Of a DNA stretch of 64,000 nt, positions 63,538 to 64,000 are shown in pieces (the stretch's first letter is position 1; each line of letters opens with the position of its first letter). Source of the stretch: Tubulanus polymorphus. Lineage: Eukaryota > Animalia > Nemertea. Location of the stretch: the NCBI RefSeq assembly GCF_964204645.1, contig NC_134025.1:17955101-18019100 (forward strand), in the 5' to 3' direction. Position numbers and translations under genes: made by a program. The notes beneath the pieces are model-generated. The model made no database searches. It saw only the letters and a list, made by a program, of their open reading frames with translations, and was not told the DNA's origin.

Positions 63538-64000
63538 TCTGTAATAGCTGATACTCCAATATTATTAAAATACAATAATGAAATGTTAATTAAAAGAATT
63601 TCAGAAATAATTCCTAAACAAAATGAACTTTATATTTCGTATGGTGAAAAAGAATTAATATAAATTAATGAATAAATGGATGTTTGGACAAAAAATGGAT
63701 GGGAAAAATTAAAGAATATAATGAGACATAAAACAAATAGGAAAATCTATAGAGTTAGAACTAAATTACGGTTTGTAGATGTTACTGAAGATCATAGTTT
63801 AATTAAACAAAATCGTGATAAAACCAACTGATATAGAAATTGGAGATGAATTATTACATAAAAAATTCTATTCAAGAATGAATCATATGTCATTTGATGA
63901 AATAATTAATAATATCTGTAACATTAGAAGAAAAAGAATATTTTATCAAAGGATTTTTTATGGGAGATGGTTCAGCAGGTGTTTATAAATATGTTAATTG
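63538..64000 (+). mobile_element. Intein (Hint plus LAGLIDADG homing endonuclease) in pPolB motif C; runs off the window
   Basis: After YFD the frame reads SVIADTPILL (block A)...DVWTKNGWEKLKNIMRHKTNRKIYRVRTKLRFVDVTEDHSL (block B TxxH, 63784-63795)...IEIGDELL...YFIKGFFMGDGS (LAGLIDADG block C, 63939-63974). Two stops and two frameshifts. Confidence 0.88.

Noticed and set aside
36897-64000. Alternative genetic code or programmed frameshifting to explain broken viral ORFs
   Set aside because: Stops are of all three types and the disruptions differ between homologous copies, which fits neutral decay. Some homopolymer indels could be sequencing errors.
36820-64000. Contaminating free virus or bacterial contig
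   Set aside because: The viral DNA is interrupted by host-type HINE, SINE and MITE insertions and is contiguous with a spliceosomal-intron gene, so it is endogenous.
63538-64000. Hedgehog-type Hint domain rather than an intein
   Set aside because: It sits precisely in polymerase motif C and includes a LAGLIDADG block, neither of which fits Hedgehog Hint domains.

Overview
Eukaryotic (probably invertebrate animal) genomic DNA, very rich in transposons. One host gene can be reconstructed: a divergent calmodulin-like gene on the + strand. Its exons (2019-2049, 2248-2391, 25570-25812, probable last exon 29084-29118) match canonical calmodulin exon sizes. Its 23-kb intron is filled with nested elements: a BEL/Pao LTR retrotransposon holding a hAT transposon holding a MULE-like foldback, plus MITEs and a SINE. 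From about 36.8 kb to the end, and in a small block at 4.6-6.7 kb, lies very AT-rich decayed Polinton/Maverick-like viral DNA. It contains four copies of a protein-primed family B DNA polymerase (pPolB), a retroviral-type integrase, a putative major capsid protein, an HNH nuclease and several copies of a small ORF. Four features stand out. (1) The last pPolB copy has an intein with a LAGLIDADG block at the catalytic YFD|TDS site, resembling giant-virus PolB inteins, while two intein-free copies lie in the same window. (2) The AT-rich units end in ~120-nt palindromes starting AGTAATAGGG, with compensatory changes between copies. (3) One such unit is a compact ~6.4-kb pPolB replicon with no integrase or capsid. 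(4) Genes are reshuffled at a shared spacer, and most start in the poxvirus-late-like context TAAATG. All assignments come from manual translation and motif recognition; no database searches were run.
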